Part shown: one piece after another, positions 25,722 through 35,833 of the stretch | How positions within the stretch are numbered: position 1 is the stretch's first letter | Layout of the letters: every line of letters starts with the position of its first letter | From: a virus | Taxonomy: Duplodnaviria > Heunggongvirae > Uroviricota > Caudoviricetes | IMG/VR virus record: IMGVR_UViG_3300047560_002175 | Span: 64,001-128,000 of that record | Reading direction: 5' to 3' (one strand) | DNA: 64,000 nt | Translations under genes and position numbers: made by a program | The notes under the pieces: generated by a model | Database searches by the model: none | What the model saw: only the letters and a program-made list of their open reading frames with translations | What the model was told of the DNA's origin: nothing

Positions 25722-26592
25722 GTTTTGATTTAACGTATTCAACAATTTCAAAACCAACATTAGTATTGCAGAAGTGATCAAATCCATTAAACCCTGGATT
25801 AGAATTAGCTTCGCAAACTTTAAAACCGTTTTTATCAAATAAGAGATCAACACCTGCTATTTCTAAACCAAGAGCTTGTGTTGTTGCTAATGCAATTGAT
25901 TCTATTTCTGAAGTAACTGGATATGGTTCGCCTTTCCCACCAATTGTAATATTAGCACGAAAATCACCAGATGGAGCAGTTCGCTTCATTGCACCGATGA
26001 CTTTATTACCTACTACAATAACTCTTAGATCAACACCTGGTTGATCTCCAAGATACTCTTGTACCAGAAGTTTCTTTTGGTTATCAAGATTTTTTAAGAA
26101 TTCGATTAATTTTCGATACTCGTGCTCACTATGACACAAGTAAACACCTTCTCCAAAACTACCAACTAAGACTTTAATTACGCAGGGAAATCCTATATGT
26201 GTTGCGATTAAGTCGTTAGTGATGGGAAAGTGTACAAGCATAGTAGTCGGAACTGCTATATTAGCTTGTGATAAGATTTGACTAGTATGAAATTTATTCT
26301 GTACTATGTTTACACTGTCGCTTGAATTTATACATGGAATGCCATGTAATTCAAAATATCTAACTACGGCCAATTCAACTGAAGTAATGCCTGCACCTAG
26401 TCTTACTAATACTAAGCTAGGGAGATCAAAATCTTCACCAAGATATTTAATAGGTTGATTTATAACAATATCAAAGTTATTAAATTGCCGCACAGATGCA
26501 TCGATACCAGCAGCTATAAAATTAGATAATAATTTAGCAGTTTCGTATTCGATTAAAGTGTGTTTTGTAAGAATTATAACTGTTTGTTTCAT
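25711..26592 (-). CDS. rimK: RimK-family ATP-grasp ligase
   Basis: NKFHTSQIL, VPTT, GSFGEGV, LVQEY, DLRVIVVG, FRANITIGG, AGVDLL, VCEANSNPGF. Confidence 0.9.
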   Translation of the reverse strand: MKQTVIILTKHTLIEYETAKLLSNFIAAGIDASVRQFNNFDIVINQPIKYLGEDFDLPSLVLVRLGAGITSVELAVVRYFELHGIPCINSSDSVNIVQNKFHTSQILSQANIAVPTTMLVHFPITNDLIATHIGFPCVIKVLVGSFGEGVYLCHSEHEYRKLIEFLKNLDNQKKLLVQEYLGDQPGVDLRVIVVGNKVIGAMKRTAPSGDFRANITIGGKGEPYPVTSEIESIALATTQALGLEIAGVDLLFDKNGFKVCEANSNPGFNGFDHFCNTNVGFEIVEYVKSKLNQ

Positions 26593-26626
26593 AGTGTATT
26601 TATCTGTATAAATACACTATTCAACT

Positions 26627-27304
26627 TTACATTTCAGGAAATAGACATTCGTGTACGAATAATTTAACATCTTCGTCACTTAGTCCAAGTGCAGCCATTA
26701 CTCGAGGGGTGTGCGGTATTTGTTTTTGTTGTATAGCATAAAAGTTTTGTGCTTGCACCGTGCTTTTAACTGTGTTATTTGTACGCGCAACGTTTGAAAC
26801 ATAGTAGTTGCTTGTTGTTTGTACAATGCTATTTATTTGTGTAATTTCATCTTGTTTTTGAATATTACTTGCTGCAATTATATGTGGGGAAAATATATCC
26901 TTCCCCCACTCAGGAATTTCTCGAACCTTTTCCCAAGTAAGTTTGTTTACTTCTTGGCTAAAAAAATCTATCATTGGATGATCAACATCACCTGCAGGAC
27001 TGTAATCATGAAAGAATCCAGTAATCTTATTACGTCCTGCAACAATGTCGCAACCAAAGATAGGAGCCGGGTTATGAATGTGAGGAAAAATACAGCAATG
27101 CATCATCCATAACCCGTTACCATCTGAAGCATCTACTACATTAAGATGCGCTCTACGATATGCATTGCTAGTCCAAACTCTGTTGATCCAGCCATTATAG
27201 TTAAATCGTTCTAAGCCAGGTTCTTCAATTTCAGTACCTGACTGATTAAACAATTCTTCTAAATGATGCTGGACTTTAATTAGTTGTGTCTTTAGCTCAG
27301 TCAT
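26627..27304 (-). CDS. ferredoxin-dependent bilin reductase (PcyA/PcyX family)
   Basis: YRRAHLNVVD, LWMMHCCIFP, PIFGCDIVAG, QKQIPHT. Confidence 0.88.
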   Translation of the reverse strand: MTELKTQLIKVQHHLEELFNQSGTEIEEPGLERFNYNGWINRVWTSNAYRRAHLNVVDASDGNGLWMMHCCIFPHIHNPAPIFGCDIVAGRNKITGFFHDYSPAGDVDHPMIDFFSQEVNKLTWEKVREIPEWGKDIFSPHIIAASNIQKQDEITQINSIVQTTSNYYVSNVARTNNTVKSTVQAQNFYAIQQKQIPHTPRVMAALGLSDEDVKLFVHECLFPEM

Positions 27305-27854
27305 TGACTAATGGAATCGAAATTGAATCGTGTAGTTCATCAAACAATCTTGCGGCAAATTCAAAACACACGTTTGCTTCATCTGCCATATCATCGTTTA
27401 GCTTTTCTCTAATGGTAGCTTTAAGCTCACTGGCATTTTCAAATTTGTAATAGTTTCCTTGTCCTGGAACTTTTTGTGCAATCATTTGACCACCATACAA
27501 ATCTCCCATGTGTCTAACATACAAGTGCGCCATTAGTTTTTCTTTATCTTCGCGTATTGTAACTAAATGCTCTTTATATGCAGTAGTCACTGGCAATTCA
27601 ACAGGTGGAGCATCTCCCTTAGGCCATAGTTCATAAAAATCTTCGTGTATACGCGGAGCACGTCTAATATTAGGAAGATCGTTTAACAGTCCAGCCATTG
27701 TTGCATGTGTTTCTAGCATGTCGTACATTTGAAATTGATTATACAAATATGTTGCATATAGAGTTGGATTGATCTCTCCTGCAAAAATCATTTTAACAAA
27801 TGGCTTTGATTCAACTAGATCGTGTGATGCTTTAGTTAGTTCTTTTAAACTCAT
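27297..27854 (-). CDS. hemO: heme oxygenase
   Basis: start 27854 MSLKELTKASH (proximal His); AHLYVRHMGDLYGGQMI; EANVCFEFA. Confidence 0.92.
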   Translation of the reverse strand: MSLKELTKASHDLVESKPFVKMIFAGEINPTLYATYLYNQFQMYDMLETHATMAGLLNDLPNIRRAPRIHEDFYELWPKGDAPPVELPVTTAYKEHLVTIREDKEKLMAHLYVRHMGDLYGGQMIAQKVPGQGNYYKFENASELKATIREKLNDDMADEANVCFEFAARLFDELHDSISIPLVND

Positions 27855-27870
27855 TATTTCTCCAATAAGG

Positions 27871-28173
27871 TTATTCTTCTTCAAGTTTAAGTTGTAATGG
27901 GAAACCCGACGCCCTTGCAAGTGCAGTTGCTTCGACTGTTTTTATTTCTGCAATTTCAAAATTGTAAACACCTGCTACTGCAGAACCAGTTTCATGAATT
28001 TGCATAGTAATAATACCTGCAGAATTTGGGTCATGTTTAAAGATCTCCATTAGCATTGATACAACAAAATCAACCGGAGTAACATCATCGTTAAGAACGA
28101 TTACTTTCCAACGTTTTGGTTCTGGTACTTGTATCTTTACTTTTTCGTCTACAGCAATATCTGTACTTGTCAT
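27871..28173 (-). CDS. clpS: N-end rule adaptor ClpS
   Basis: WKVIVLNDDVTPVDFVVSML, IHETGSAVAG. Confidence 0.92.
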   Translation of the reverse strand: MTSTDIAVDEKVKIQVPEPKRWKVIVLNDDVTPVDFVVSMLMEIFKHDPNSAGIITMQIHETGSAVAGVYNFEIAEIKTVEATALARASGFPLQLKLEEE

Positions 28174-28181
28174 TTGGACTC

Positions 28182-28601
28182 CTATTTAATTTGAATTTGA
28201 CGAGTAATCGTCGGGGTAGGTGAAATGTGATTAAGAGTAATTGTTAGTACTCCGTCCTCAATTGTTGCACTTTGGATTTCAATATTTTCAGCTAAAGAAA
28301 AAGATTTTTCAAAATCGCGAAAACCAAGCCCTCTATGCATGTATATTTTATTTGCTGAAGGATGCGGTTGGCTTCTTTTTCCAATAATAACAAGCTGATT
28401 ACCTGTAAGATTTACAGTAATATCTTCTTTTTTAAAACCTGCGATTGCTATTTCAATAGTGTATTCACTATTATCATAATTGATTATATTGTATGGTGGG
28501 TAATTGTTAGCTGCTGAAATACATGCAGCAGTAAATAGAGAATCAAACCCTATTAATGATTTATTGTATACTAGTAATGATAATTTGTCATCTGACGACA
28601 T
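28182..28601 (-). CDS. small heat shock protein Hsp20/IbpA
   Basis: NYPPYNII, IEIAIAGF, YMHRGL, DGVLTITL. Confidence 0.92.
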   Translation of the reverse strand: MSSDDKLSLLVYNKSLIGFDSLFTAACISAANNYPPYNIINYDNSEYTIEIAIAGFKKEDITVNLTGNQLVIIGKRSQPHPSANKIYMHRGLGFRDFEKSFSLAENIEIQSATIEDGVLTITLNHISPTPTITRQIQIK

Positions 28602-28664
28602 AAAAAAATCTCCTTATAAAAAGCGAGTACCGTTATAAACCCGTATGGCGTTTATTTAAAATAT

Positions 28665-28693
28665 ATTATAGCATAGCTGCTGACAAATGTCAA
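28665..28693 (-). promoter_or_regulatory. sigma70-like promoter
   Basis: TTGACA-N17-TATAAT. Confidence 0.65.
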
Positions 28694-28712
28694 CAGCTAT
28701 GCACAAGTATTG

Positions 28713-30641
28713 TTATTCAGTTTTATCTGAATCAGGATTTGCAGTTACCTCAACTACTTCTTCAGTTGGAGTAACTTCTGAAAATTCAGCATCTACACTT
28801 TCTGCAGTTGATGAGTTAGCTTCATCTAACTCACGTTTCTTATCAAATGCAGGTTGCGCTGCTTCGTATAGTGTTTTAATTGCTTCACCGATAGCTTCAA
28901 TATCTTCACCGTCACGAGCAGTATTTAATGCAAGGAATGCATCTTCAATTGCATTGCGTTGTTCATCAGTTAGTTGATCTTTTACTTCATCATAATCTTT
29001 TCTAACTAAGTATACCTGTGTTTCAGCTTGATTTCGAGTATCGATTAGCTCTTTAGCTTTAGCATCTGCTTCTGCATTTTCTTCAGCTTCTCTAACCATA
29101 CGTTTGATTTCGTCCTCAGTTAAACCTGAATCAGATTTAATAGTAATCTTGTTTTCTTTGCCGGTATTCTTATCTTTAGCACTTACATGCATAATACCGT
29201 TAGCATCGATATCAAATGTTACTTCAATCTGTGGCATGCCACGTGGGGCTGCATCAATACCTTCTAAATTAAATTCACCAAGTTGTTTATTGTAACGATA
29301 CAATTCACGTTCACCTTGTCCTACTCTAATAGTTACAGCAGGTTGGTTGTCCTCTGCAGTTGAGAATGTTTGGCTTGCTTTAGTTGGGATAGTTGTGTTT
29401 TTAGTAATTAGTTTAGTAAATACACCACCCATTGTTTCAATACCTAAACTTAGTGGAGTAACGTCAAGTAACAATACGTCAGTTTTGTCACCTGCTAATA
29501 CCGCACCTTGAATAGCTGCACCAGCTGCAACTGCTTCGTCTGGGTTAACATCTTTACGTGGTGCTTTTCCAAAGAATGCTTCAACAGCTTCTTGTACTTT
29601 AGGCATACGTGTTTGTCCACCTACTAAAATTACTTCGTCAATATCTGACAAATCAACTTTAGCATCTGCAACTGCAATTTTACAAGGTTCAATTGAACGT
29701 TGAATTAAATCATCAACTAGACCTTCAAACTTAGCACGAGTTACAGTTACGTTTAAGTGTTTAGGACCAGTGGCATCTGCAGTAACATATGGTAAGTTGA
29801 CATTAGTTTGTGCAGTGCTTGATAACTCAATTTTAGCTTTTTCAGCAGCTTCTTTTAAACGTTGTAATGCCATTGTATCGGATTTAAGATCAACACCAGA
29901 ATCTTTCTTAAATTCATCGATTAAATGATCCATTAAACGTTGGTCAAAGTCTTCACCGCCTAAGAATGTATCACCGTTTGTTGATAATACTTCAATTTGT
30001 TTATCACCGTCAACATTAGCGATTTCAATAATACTAATATCAAAAGTACCACCACCTAAGTCAAATACAGCAACTTTGCGGTCTTTCTTATCAGACTTAT
30101 CAACACCATAACTTAATGCTGCGGCTGTTGGTTCATTAATAATACGCAATACTTCTAATCCAGCAATACGTCCTGCGTCTTTAGTTGCTTGACGTTGTGA
30201 ATCGTTAAAGTATGCAGGTACAGTAATAACTGCTTGAGTTACTTCTTTACCTAAATAGTCTTCTGCAGTTTTTTTCATCTTACGTAAGATTTCTGCAGAT
30301 ACTTGTGGTGGAGCTAATTTTTCACCGTTCGCTTCTACCCATGCATCGCCATTGTCAGCTTTAATAATACTGTACGGCATTAAGTCAATATCTTTCTGTA
30401 CAGCTGACTCGTCGAATTTACGACCAATGAGACGCTTAACAGCATATAATGTGTTTTTTGGATTTGTTACTGATTGACGTTTTGCTGCAGCACCAACTAA
30501 AATTTCTTCTGGTGTGTATGCGATGATTGAAGGGGTAGTACGTGTACCTTCTGCGTTTTCAATTACTTTAGCAATTCCGTTTTCTAAGATTGCTACGCAG
30601 CTGTTTGTTGTACCTAAGTCGATTCCGATAATTTTGCTCAT
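28713..30641 (-). CDS. dnaK: chaperone DnaK (Hsp70)
   Basis: [39 protein letters not shown]; proteobacterial-type sequence. Confidence 0.98.
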   Translation of the reverse strand: MSKIIGIDLGTTNSCVAILENGIAKVIENAEGTRTTPSIIAYTPEEILVGAAAKRQSVTNPKNTLYAVKRLIGRKFDESAVQKDIDLMPYSIIKADNGDAWVEANGEKLAPPQVSAEILRKMKKTAEDYLGKEVTQAVITVPAYFNDSQRQATKDAGRIAGLEVLRIINEPTAAALSYGVDKSDKKDRKVAVFDLGGGTFDISIIEIANVDGDKQIEVLSTNGDTFLGGEDFDQRLMDHLIDEFKKDSGVDLKSDTMALQRLKEAAEKAKIELSSTAQTNVNLPYVTADATGPKHLNVTVTRAKFEGLVDDLIQRSIEPCKIAVADAKVDLSDIDEVILVGGQTRMPKVQEAVEAFFGKAPRKDVNPDEAVAAGAAIQGAVLAGDKTDVLLLDVTPLSLGIETMGGVFTKLITKNTTIPTKASQTFSTAEDNQPAVTIRVGQGERELYRYNKQLGEFNLEGIDAAPRGMPQIEVTFDIDANGIMHVSAKDKNTGKENKITIKSDSGLTEDEIKRMVREAEENAEADAKAKELIDTRNQAETQVYLVRKDYDEVKDQLTDEQRNAIEDAFLALNTARDGEDIEAIGEAIKTLYEAAQPAFDKKRELDEANSSTAESVDAEFSEVTPTEEVVEVTANPDSDKTE

Positions 30642-30768
30642 TGTAATTCTCCTATATATTAAGCGAGTAATGTTGTGGACACCATGTCCGTGTATTAAAC
30701 CCTATTGGCATTTAATACGTTTTTATTTATCATTTTGAAATAAAAATATTTCAAAAATGATTTATTTT

Positions 30769-30996
30769 TCATAATTTTTTAAATACTGGCATTTGATTTG
30801 TCATTTCTATAAACTTGTACTTATTTGGGTTAAAACGATTTTTAATGTCGTTTTTGGGATTTCTAATATTTACTGGCATTCGCTCAATTGAACGACCGCG
30901 ATTATCAATAATCATGTACCATAGTAACCCAACACTTGTATCAGCTGGAAATGAATCCAGCTGAGTTTTAAATAAAGCATGATATTTTAGTTTCAT
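30769..30996 (-). CDS. hypothetical protein
   Basis: 75-aa coupled ORF. Confidence 0.5.
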   Translation of the reverse strand: MKLKYHALFKTQLDSFPADTSVGLLWYMIIDNRGRSIERMPVNIRNPKNDIKNRFNPNKYKFIEMTNQMPVFKKL

Positions 30997-31553
30997 TTGT
31001 ATTTCTTAAATGGATTGATACCGTGTTCCATAAGTACTTGTGATACATTCTGTACACCAATCGCTTGTGCTACAGCATCTTCTACAGCATTGTGAGCTGT
31101 AACTGGTGGCATATTTGGATCAATACCTAAATCAAAATATGTACGAACATCTCGAATAGCCCAGTACTTCCAAGGTGCAGCGCGATTTAATGCATTATAA
31201 TAAGTGTCGCATACTACAATATCAAATCCAGCACCGTTTGACCAAAAGCAACTTGCACCCCATGAAAATTTATGTAGTTGAGTAAATGCATCAACTACTG
31301 GTATTCTACCTTCTTCAGTAAATGCTTCGTCTTGTGCTTCTTGTGATTGTTTAGACCACCATTCAATTGTGCCATCGTCAATATGCATTCCAAGATTGCC
31401 TGAATCTTCAAGGCTTACTCTAATGTATAATTTATCTTTTTCTTCAATTGGATCATTGCCTAATGGGTCAAATCTAACTGCACCAATTGTTAGAATAGTT
31501 GCATTAGTTTGTGTAGATAATGTTTCAAGGTCCAGCATGATATGATTTTTCAT
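30993..31553 (-). CDS. DEDDh 3'-5' exonuclease
   Basis: HIMLDLETL, WSNGAGFD, IRDVRT, HNAVEDA. Confidence 0.88.
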   Translation of the reverse strand: MKNHIMLDLETLSTQTNATILTIGAVRFDPLGNDPIEEKDKLYIRVSLEDSGNLGMHIDDGTIEWWSKQSQEAQDEAFTEEGRIPVVDAFTQLHKFSWGASCFWSNGAGFDIVVCDTYYNALNRAAPWKYWAIRDVRTYFDLGIDPNMPPVTAHNAVEDAVAQAIGVQNVSQVLMEHGINPFKKYK

Positions 31554-31556
31554 TTA

Positions 31557-32264
31557 TTATCCTTTTAGTAGTGTAAGAGTTTCGTCAATATATTCATGAT
31601 AGTTTGATAGTGTATAAGCCCAACGATCACATAAAAACTCATAAACATTATCATTGTACGGAATACCATACATTGCTATGACGTTATCTGACTCTACAGC
31701 TTTTTCTAATGCCGGAGTCCAGTGAGCTATACGCTGTGCAATTTCTTTTTCAGTGTTGCATGGAAACTTCTCGTACATATCAAGTGTAGGATCATCAAGC
31801 AATTCTTGACATTTAGAGTAAAACCAAATAGCAGCATCAATCCATTTTGGTCCTAATTCTTTAAAACCAGTTTGCCAAATAGTAGAATACTTTTTCTTAA
31901 AATTAGGATATGGAGATTTATCTGCAATACTTTGTATTTTAACCCAATACATGCTAGGATCGTAATTAGAGCGTTCGCTGTCTAATGCAACATATTTAGC
32001 TTTATGATCGTGTCGATTAAAATACCCGTTATACACATCTTCTTCTGTCAGAAGTTGTAATGCTCGTTCTTTATCAAAGGGTGCATAAGTTACTTCTTCA
32101 ATCAAGTCTGCATCGTTGTTAATACCATTGCCTAATACATTTAGCAATTGATCAAAGACTTTAAATTTTGCATCTTCAAATGATTTACTAACAAATAGAC
32201 TAGGATATTTAATTACTCGAGATAATACGTAATCATCTGGAGTGTAAAAATTAGAATGTGTCAT
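31557..32264 (-). CDS. hypothetical protein
   Basis: 235-aa ORF in operon. Confidence 0.6.
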   Translation of the reverse strand: MTHSNFYTPDDYVLSRVIKYPSLFVSKSFEDAKFKVFDQLLNVLGNGINNDADLIEEVTYAPFDKERALQLLTEEDVYNGYFNRHDHKAKYVALDSERSNYDPSMYWVKIQSIADKSPYPNFKKKYSTIWQTGFKELGPKWIDAAIWFYSKCQELLDDPTLDMYEKFPCNTEKEIAQRIAHWTPALEKAVESDNVIAMYGIPYNDNVYEFLCDRWAYTLSNYHEYIDETLTLLKG

Positions 32265-32514
32265 AAGTGTAAGAGCTCCCCCAACCTAATAAAAGTCCAA
32301 AAATAATAATATAATTTAAATCATGTCCGTCATACCAATCGGTACTAAACCGTTGAAACCAGTTTGGTCGAACTCCTATTGTAACATACGAAAAATTCCA
32401 ACTAGCGTATGCTACGTGATCATGCTTGCGTATTCCTTTATGGAATTTTTGATTAAAACTTATTGTAATCGATTTGTCATGTATTAACAATACTTCTGGT
32501 TTTTCAAACAACAT
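32251..32514 (-). CDS. hypothetical protein
   Basis: 87-aa overlapping ORF. Confidence 0.5.
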   Translation of the reverse strand: MLFEKPEVLLIHDKSITISFNQKFHKGIRKHDHVAYASWNFSYVTIGVRPNWFQRFSTDWYDGHDLNYIIIFGLLLGWGSSYTYDTF

Positions 32515-32836
32515 CTATTGTCCTCACAGGTCGAATGATTGCAGTTAAATGTGGAAACAGCCAATGTTTAAAACCATCTTGATGTTGTTTAAAGTGTTTT
32601 ATTTTTACACAACCATTGGTGTGATTTATTTTATTTGATAAGTACCATCCAGATAAATCGTAATCTACATACGTATGGATATATACTAATTCAGCATAAG
32701 TTGGAACTCGCCAACCTCGTTTACCGTCAACTGTAAGCATAAAGCAATATAGCATTGCTTGCTCATATGATAGTTCTGTCTCAGTGTGCTTTGGAGCGAT
32801 TTCTATATTCATTTTTAACAAGTTCACGTTTAGCAT
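32504..32836 (-). CDS. DUF1566/Lcl-like domain protein
   Basis: LSYEQAMLYC..GWRVPTYAEL; true start may be internal. Confidence 0.6.
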   Translation of the reverse strand: MLNVNLLKMNIEIAPKHTETELSYEQAMLYCFMLTVDGKRGWRVPTYAELVYIHTYVDYDLSGWYLSNKINHTNGCVKIKHFKQHQDGFKHWLFPHLTAIIRPVRTIDVV

Positions 32837-33128
32837 TAGCCTTAGCTTTTAGGGCATTTTGTAATCTTTCGTATTTGAGTCGTAACGGAGATTTACATTG
32901 TTCCATTAAGTGCATAGGCATTTGGCATTTACCTGTTGTTTGGTAGAAATCAGGTTTGCCCCATTTACTTTCTGGCAAATCATATTCAATTGGAGCAATT
33001 ACTGTTGGTAATGGCTGTACTGGATTTGCTGCTGCATATTTTTGAAGAATAGGAGTAATATCTATATCGTCATCAACATTTGCATGTGCTGAACTTACTA
33101 ATAATAACGCCAGAAAGTATTTTTTCAT
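32781..33128 (-). CDS. secreted hypothetical protein
   Basis: signal peptide MKKYFLALLLVSSAHA. Confidence 0.55.
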   Translation of the reverse strand: MKKYFLALLLVSSAHANVDDDIDITPILQKYAAANPVQPLPTVIAPIEYDLPESKWGKPDFYQTTGKCQMPMHLMEQCKSPLRLKYERLQNALKAKANAKRELVKNEYRNRSKAH

Positions 33129-33131
33129 ATA

Positions 33132-33518
33132 TCACCAAGTAATCGTTAGTTTATTTGCTTGAGTAAATTGTTCTGATTTGAATTCAGAGCAAGCTACATG
33201 ATATCCGTAACTTGCTAACTTCTCAACAAGTGGTTCAAAAAACTTGTTGTGTTCATAAAACTTTACAAGTGTCTCGTGTGCTTCCCATAAAAAATCAACA
33301 CCAGATTCACGTTGTGGTCTAGAAAGCTTTGGACTAAAGAAACCAGGTGGTTGTTTAATCTTTTCATAAAGAACAAGTGTAAATTGATTGGTGTTTGGAC
33401 TAGTTCTAACTTGATGGATACGTAACAGCTTATCAAGCTCTCTCATAAATAACCAAATCTCGTGATCAAGATTGGTGTATTTCTTTAGTTCCCATGAATT
33501 AATCATTACTCCTCCCAA
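33132..33518 (-). CDS. hypothetical protein
   Basis: 128-aa ORF. Confidence 0.5.
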   Translation of the reverse strand: MGGVMINSWELKKYTNLDHEIWLFMRELDKLLRIHQVRTSPNTNQFTLVLYEKIKQPPGFFSPKLSRPQRESGVDFLWEAHETLVKFYEHNKFFEPLVEKLASYGYHVACSEFKSEQFTQANKLTITW

Positions 33519-33997
33519 ACGTTTGGTAATCTGCTTTTGTTACGGATTGCAGTATAAATGTTGATATTCTCGTTATCTGCAAAGTGAATTAGTTTGTTGA
33601 TAATATCAGTACCAACTAAAAAGTCAGCATTATCAATAACAAGTATATTTGATTTACTTTCACTGACATTATCGATGCCTTTATAGAGTTCAAATAAGTA
33701 TGGAATCATTTCTCCATTGTAAATCTCATGTGTAGCTTTTACTGCTGCACTCATTGTACTTTCAATAACGTGAATAAGCTCAACATTTGAGTTTGCATCG
33801 TTAAACCGATTTTTAATCCCTGTATCTGTTTCTATACTAAGGTACACTACGCGGTTACCTCTTAACGATTCATGAGCAGCTGCATTCGCAAGTAACGTAG
33901 TAACGCCTACTTCTTTTTTTGAAAAATCATAGATCATAACTTTGTTGCGTGATTCTACACCGTTGTTCATAGATCTAAATGAGACTTTTTGTATCAT
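33506..33997 (-). CDS. degenerate P-loop (RecA/KaiC-like) fold protein
   Basis: GVTTLL (lacks the Walker A Lys), VVYLSIE, ILVID. Confidence 0.5.
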   Translation of the reverse strand: MIQKVSFRSMNNGVESRNKVMIYDFSKKEVGVTTLLANAAAHESLRGNRVVYLSIETDTGIKNRFNDANSNVELIHVIESTMSAAVKATHEIYNGEMIPYLFELYKGIDNVSESKSNILVIDNADFLVGTDIINKLIHFADNENINIYTAIRNKSRLPNVWEE

Positions 33998-34192
33998 ATG
34001 GACTCCTAATTAAAAATATATTATACTATAGTTTGCATAAGAAGTCAAACTTTATGAAATAAAATCTGTAGAGTAAATGCAAATAGCCCAAATGTAATAA
34101 GAGATCCACCTACAATTGGATTACCTCCTAATAATAAAAGAACAATACCAATAAATGATATTAAGTTAAGAATGATAGTAACAGTAAAGTCG

Positions 34193-34492
34193 CTAACCAT
34201 GTTTGCACCTCGAGTGTTTGCGGTTATGAATCCATAACCATATATTGTGTAAGTAGATACTTGAAACAATTCCAAAAGCACCACCTAATACAAACACTAT
34301 GCTTTCAAGTGTAGATGCATTAGGTGCTAATTTAAAAAGAACTAATTGACAAGTACCAATCATTAAGGATGTAACGAATGCTGCTATCACATGTTTATCA
34401 CGTACAATTTGTGACTGAAAGCCTAACAGTAGTACAACACTGTAGGATGAGAAGAACAACATCAATAAAGTTTCCATAACCCTCCTAATCAA
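34193..34492 (-). CDS. small multi-TM membrane protein
   Basis: three hydrophobic helices, GGAFG. Confidence 0.55.
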   Translation of the reverse strand: MIRRVMETLLMLFFSSYSVVLLLGFQSQIVRDKHVIAAFVTSLMIGTCQLVLFKLAPNASTLESIVFVLGGAFGIVSSIYLHNIWLWIHNRKHSRCKHG

Positions 34493-34514
34493 AACAGACC
34501 AAATAGTATTTCAA

Positions 34515-34745
34515 TCATTCGTTAGCTGATTGTTTACGTTTCTTAATAACCTTCTTTGCTCTCCAACCAATGTGGAACCAATGACGTGCTATCATAAAAT
34601 TAGAAGAAGGTTTAAGAGCATCCTCATCTAACTCAATCAACTGATGTTCGCACAAGCTCTTAAAATACTTCCACTGTTTATCTGTAAGTGGTCCTTGAAG
34701 TTGTTTATCTAATTGTTTTTCTAAATCTTTTTTCATTAAATGCAC
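34515..34745 (-). CDS. hypothetical protein
   Basis: 76-aa coupled ORF. Confidence 0.5.
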   Translation of the reverse strand: MHLMKKDLEKQLDKQLQGPLTDKQWKYFKSLCEHQLIELDEDALKPSSNFMIARHWFHIGWRAKKVIKKRKQSANE

Positions 34746-35830
34746 TCCCGTGAATATTCATGTAAATGGTTGTTTAAAAAGTATTTGGCATACGCAGGTT
34801 CTTGACCTTTAAACTTCATCATTAGTAGCCAAAATAGTGGATGTGTGTTGTATGTTAAAGCAAACTCTTTGAATTGACCAGTTTCGATACCGCAAGTTGC
34901 AACTGTAGTATTCACTTCTTCAATAATCTCAGAAAGTGTTTTATTAACTCGTGTTTCAATTGCAGATACTTTGTCAAACAAATCTAAATCGCCAACTGAT
35001 GTACAGTATGATTTAAAATCGTCTACAGTTTCGTCAATAACCATTTCGGCTATGTTTTTCTCTGTAGTAAATGTTACGCTGCCATGTAATGACAAATACC
35101 AAGCAGTTTTTAATTTAATCATTTCACCGTTATTAAACTGCATGACCCAACCTTCAATACCGGAAACTGTTGCTGCATCGTGTTTAATCTTATGAATATC
35201 AACATCAGAAAATACATCAACGATAGGAATATTCCAATCGTATGCATAATCTACAATTTCTTGACGAGTTGCATATTTGCCAGTTTCATTATGTCTAACT
35301 GCTAACAATACAAGCTCAGTTTCTTTATACGAAACTACAATACGATTACTTGGAGAAGTAATTTCAAATATTGGAGTATAGCCAAGTTTGCATAAGTGTA
35401 ACGAAAAGTTGTATTGTGGAGTATTAGGACCAAAGGTATCATTAACAAGTACTGCTGGATCTGATGTAAATGATCTTTTAGTTTTAAACTTAATAGTTTC
35501 ATCTTCAAATAAAACAGGACTAATCATAGATCCGTCACGTTTATCCATAAATGATGAAATTGTAGACCAATCAACATTTTTTTCTAATGTTGATTCACGT
35601 TCACCTAAGTTAAAAAATTTGTGTAACGGACGTGAAACTAATTTGCCGTTTCTATCAAATGTAATACCGCGGCATTCTCTTGCGTAAGGGTTTTGAAAAA
35701 CTTTACTATCTAAAATATAGTAAGACGCAATAGTATAACCACCAGGAACAGTTATAAATTCAATGCCAGGTATTTCACCTACATTAGCTTTAAACTCTTC
35801 TAAGTTAGTTATAGTTGGGAAAATGCTCAT
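34736..35830 (-). CDS. T4 Rnl1-like RNA ligase
   Basis: RECRGI, KFFNLGE, KRDGSMI, FEITSPSNRIVVSY, EGWV, MIKLKTAWY. Confidence 0.9.
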   Translation of the reverse strand: MSIFPTITNLEEFKANVGEIPGIEFITVPGGYTIASYYILDSKVFQNPYARECRGITFDRNGKLVSRPLHKFFNLGERESTLEKNVDWSTISSFMDKRDGSMISPVLFEDETIKFKTKRSFTSDPAVLVNDTFGPNTPQYNFSLHLCKLGYTPIFEITSPSNRIVVSYKETELVLLAVRHNETGKYATRQEIVDYAYDWNIPIVDVFSDVDIHKIKHDAATVSGIEGWVMQFNNGEMIKLKTAWYLSLHGSVTFTTEKNIAEMVIDETVDDFKSYCTSVGDLDLFDKVSAIETRVNKTLSEIIEEVNTTVATCGIETGQFKEFALTYNTHPLFWLLMMKFKGQEPAYAKYFLNNHLHEYSRECI

Positions 35831-35833
35831 ATA

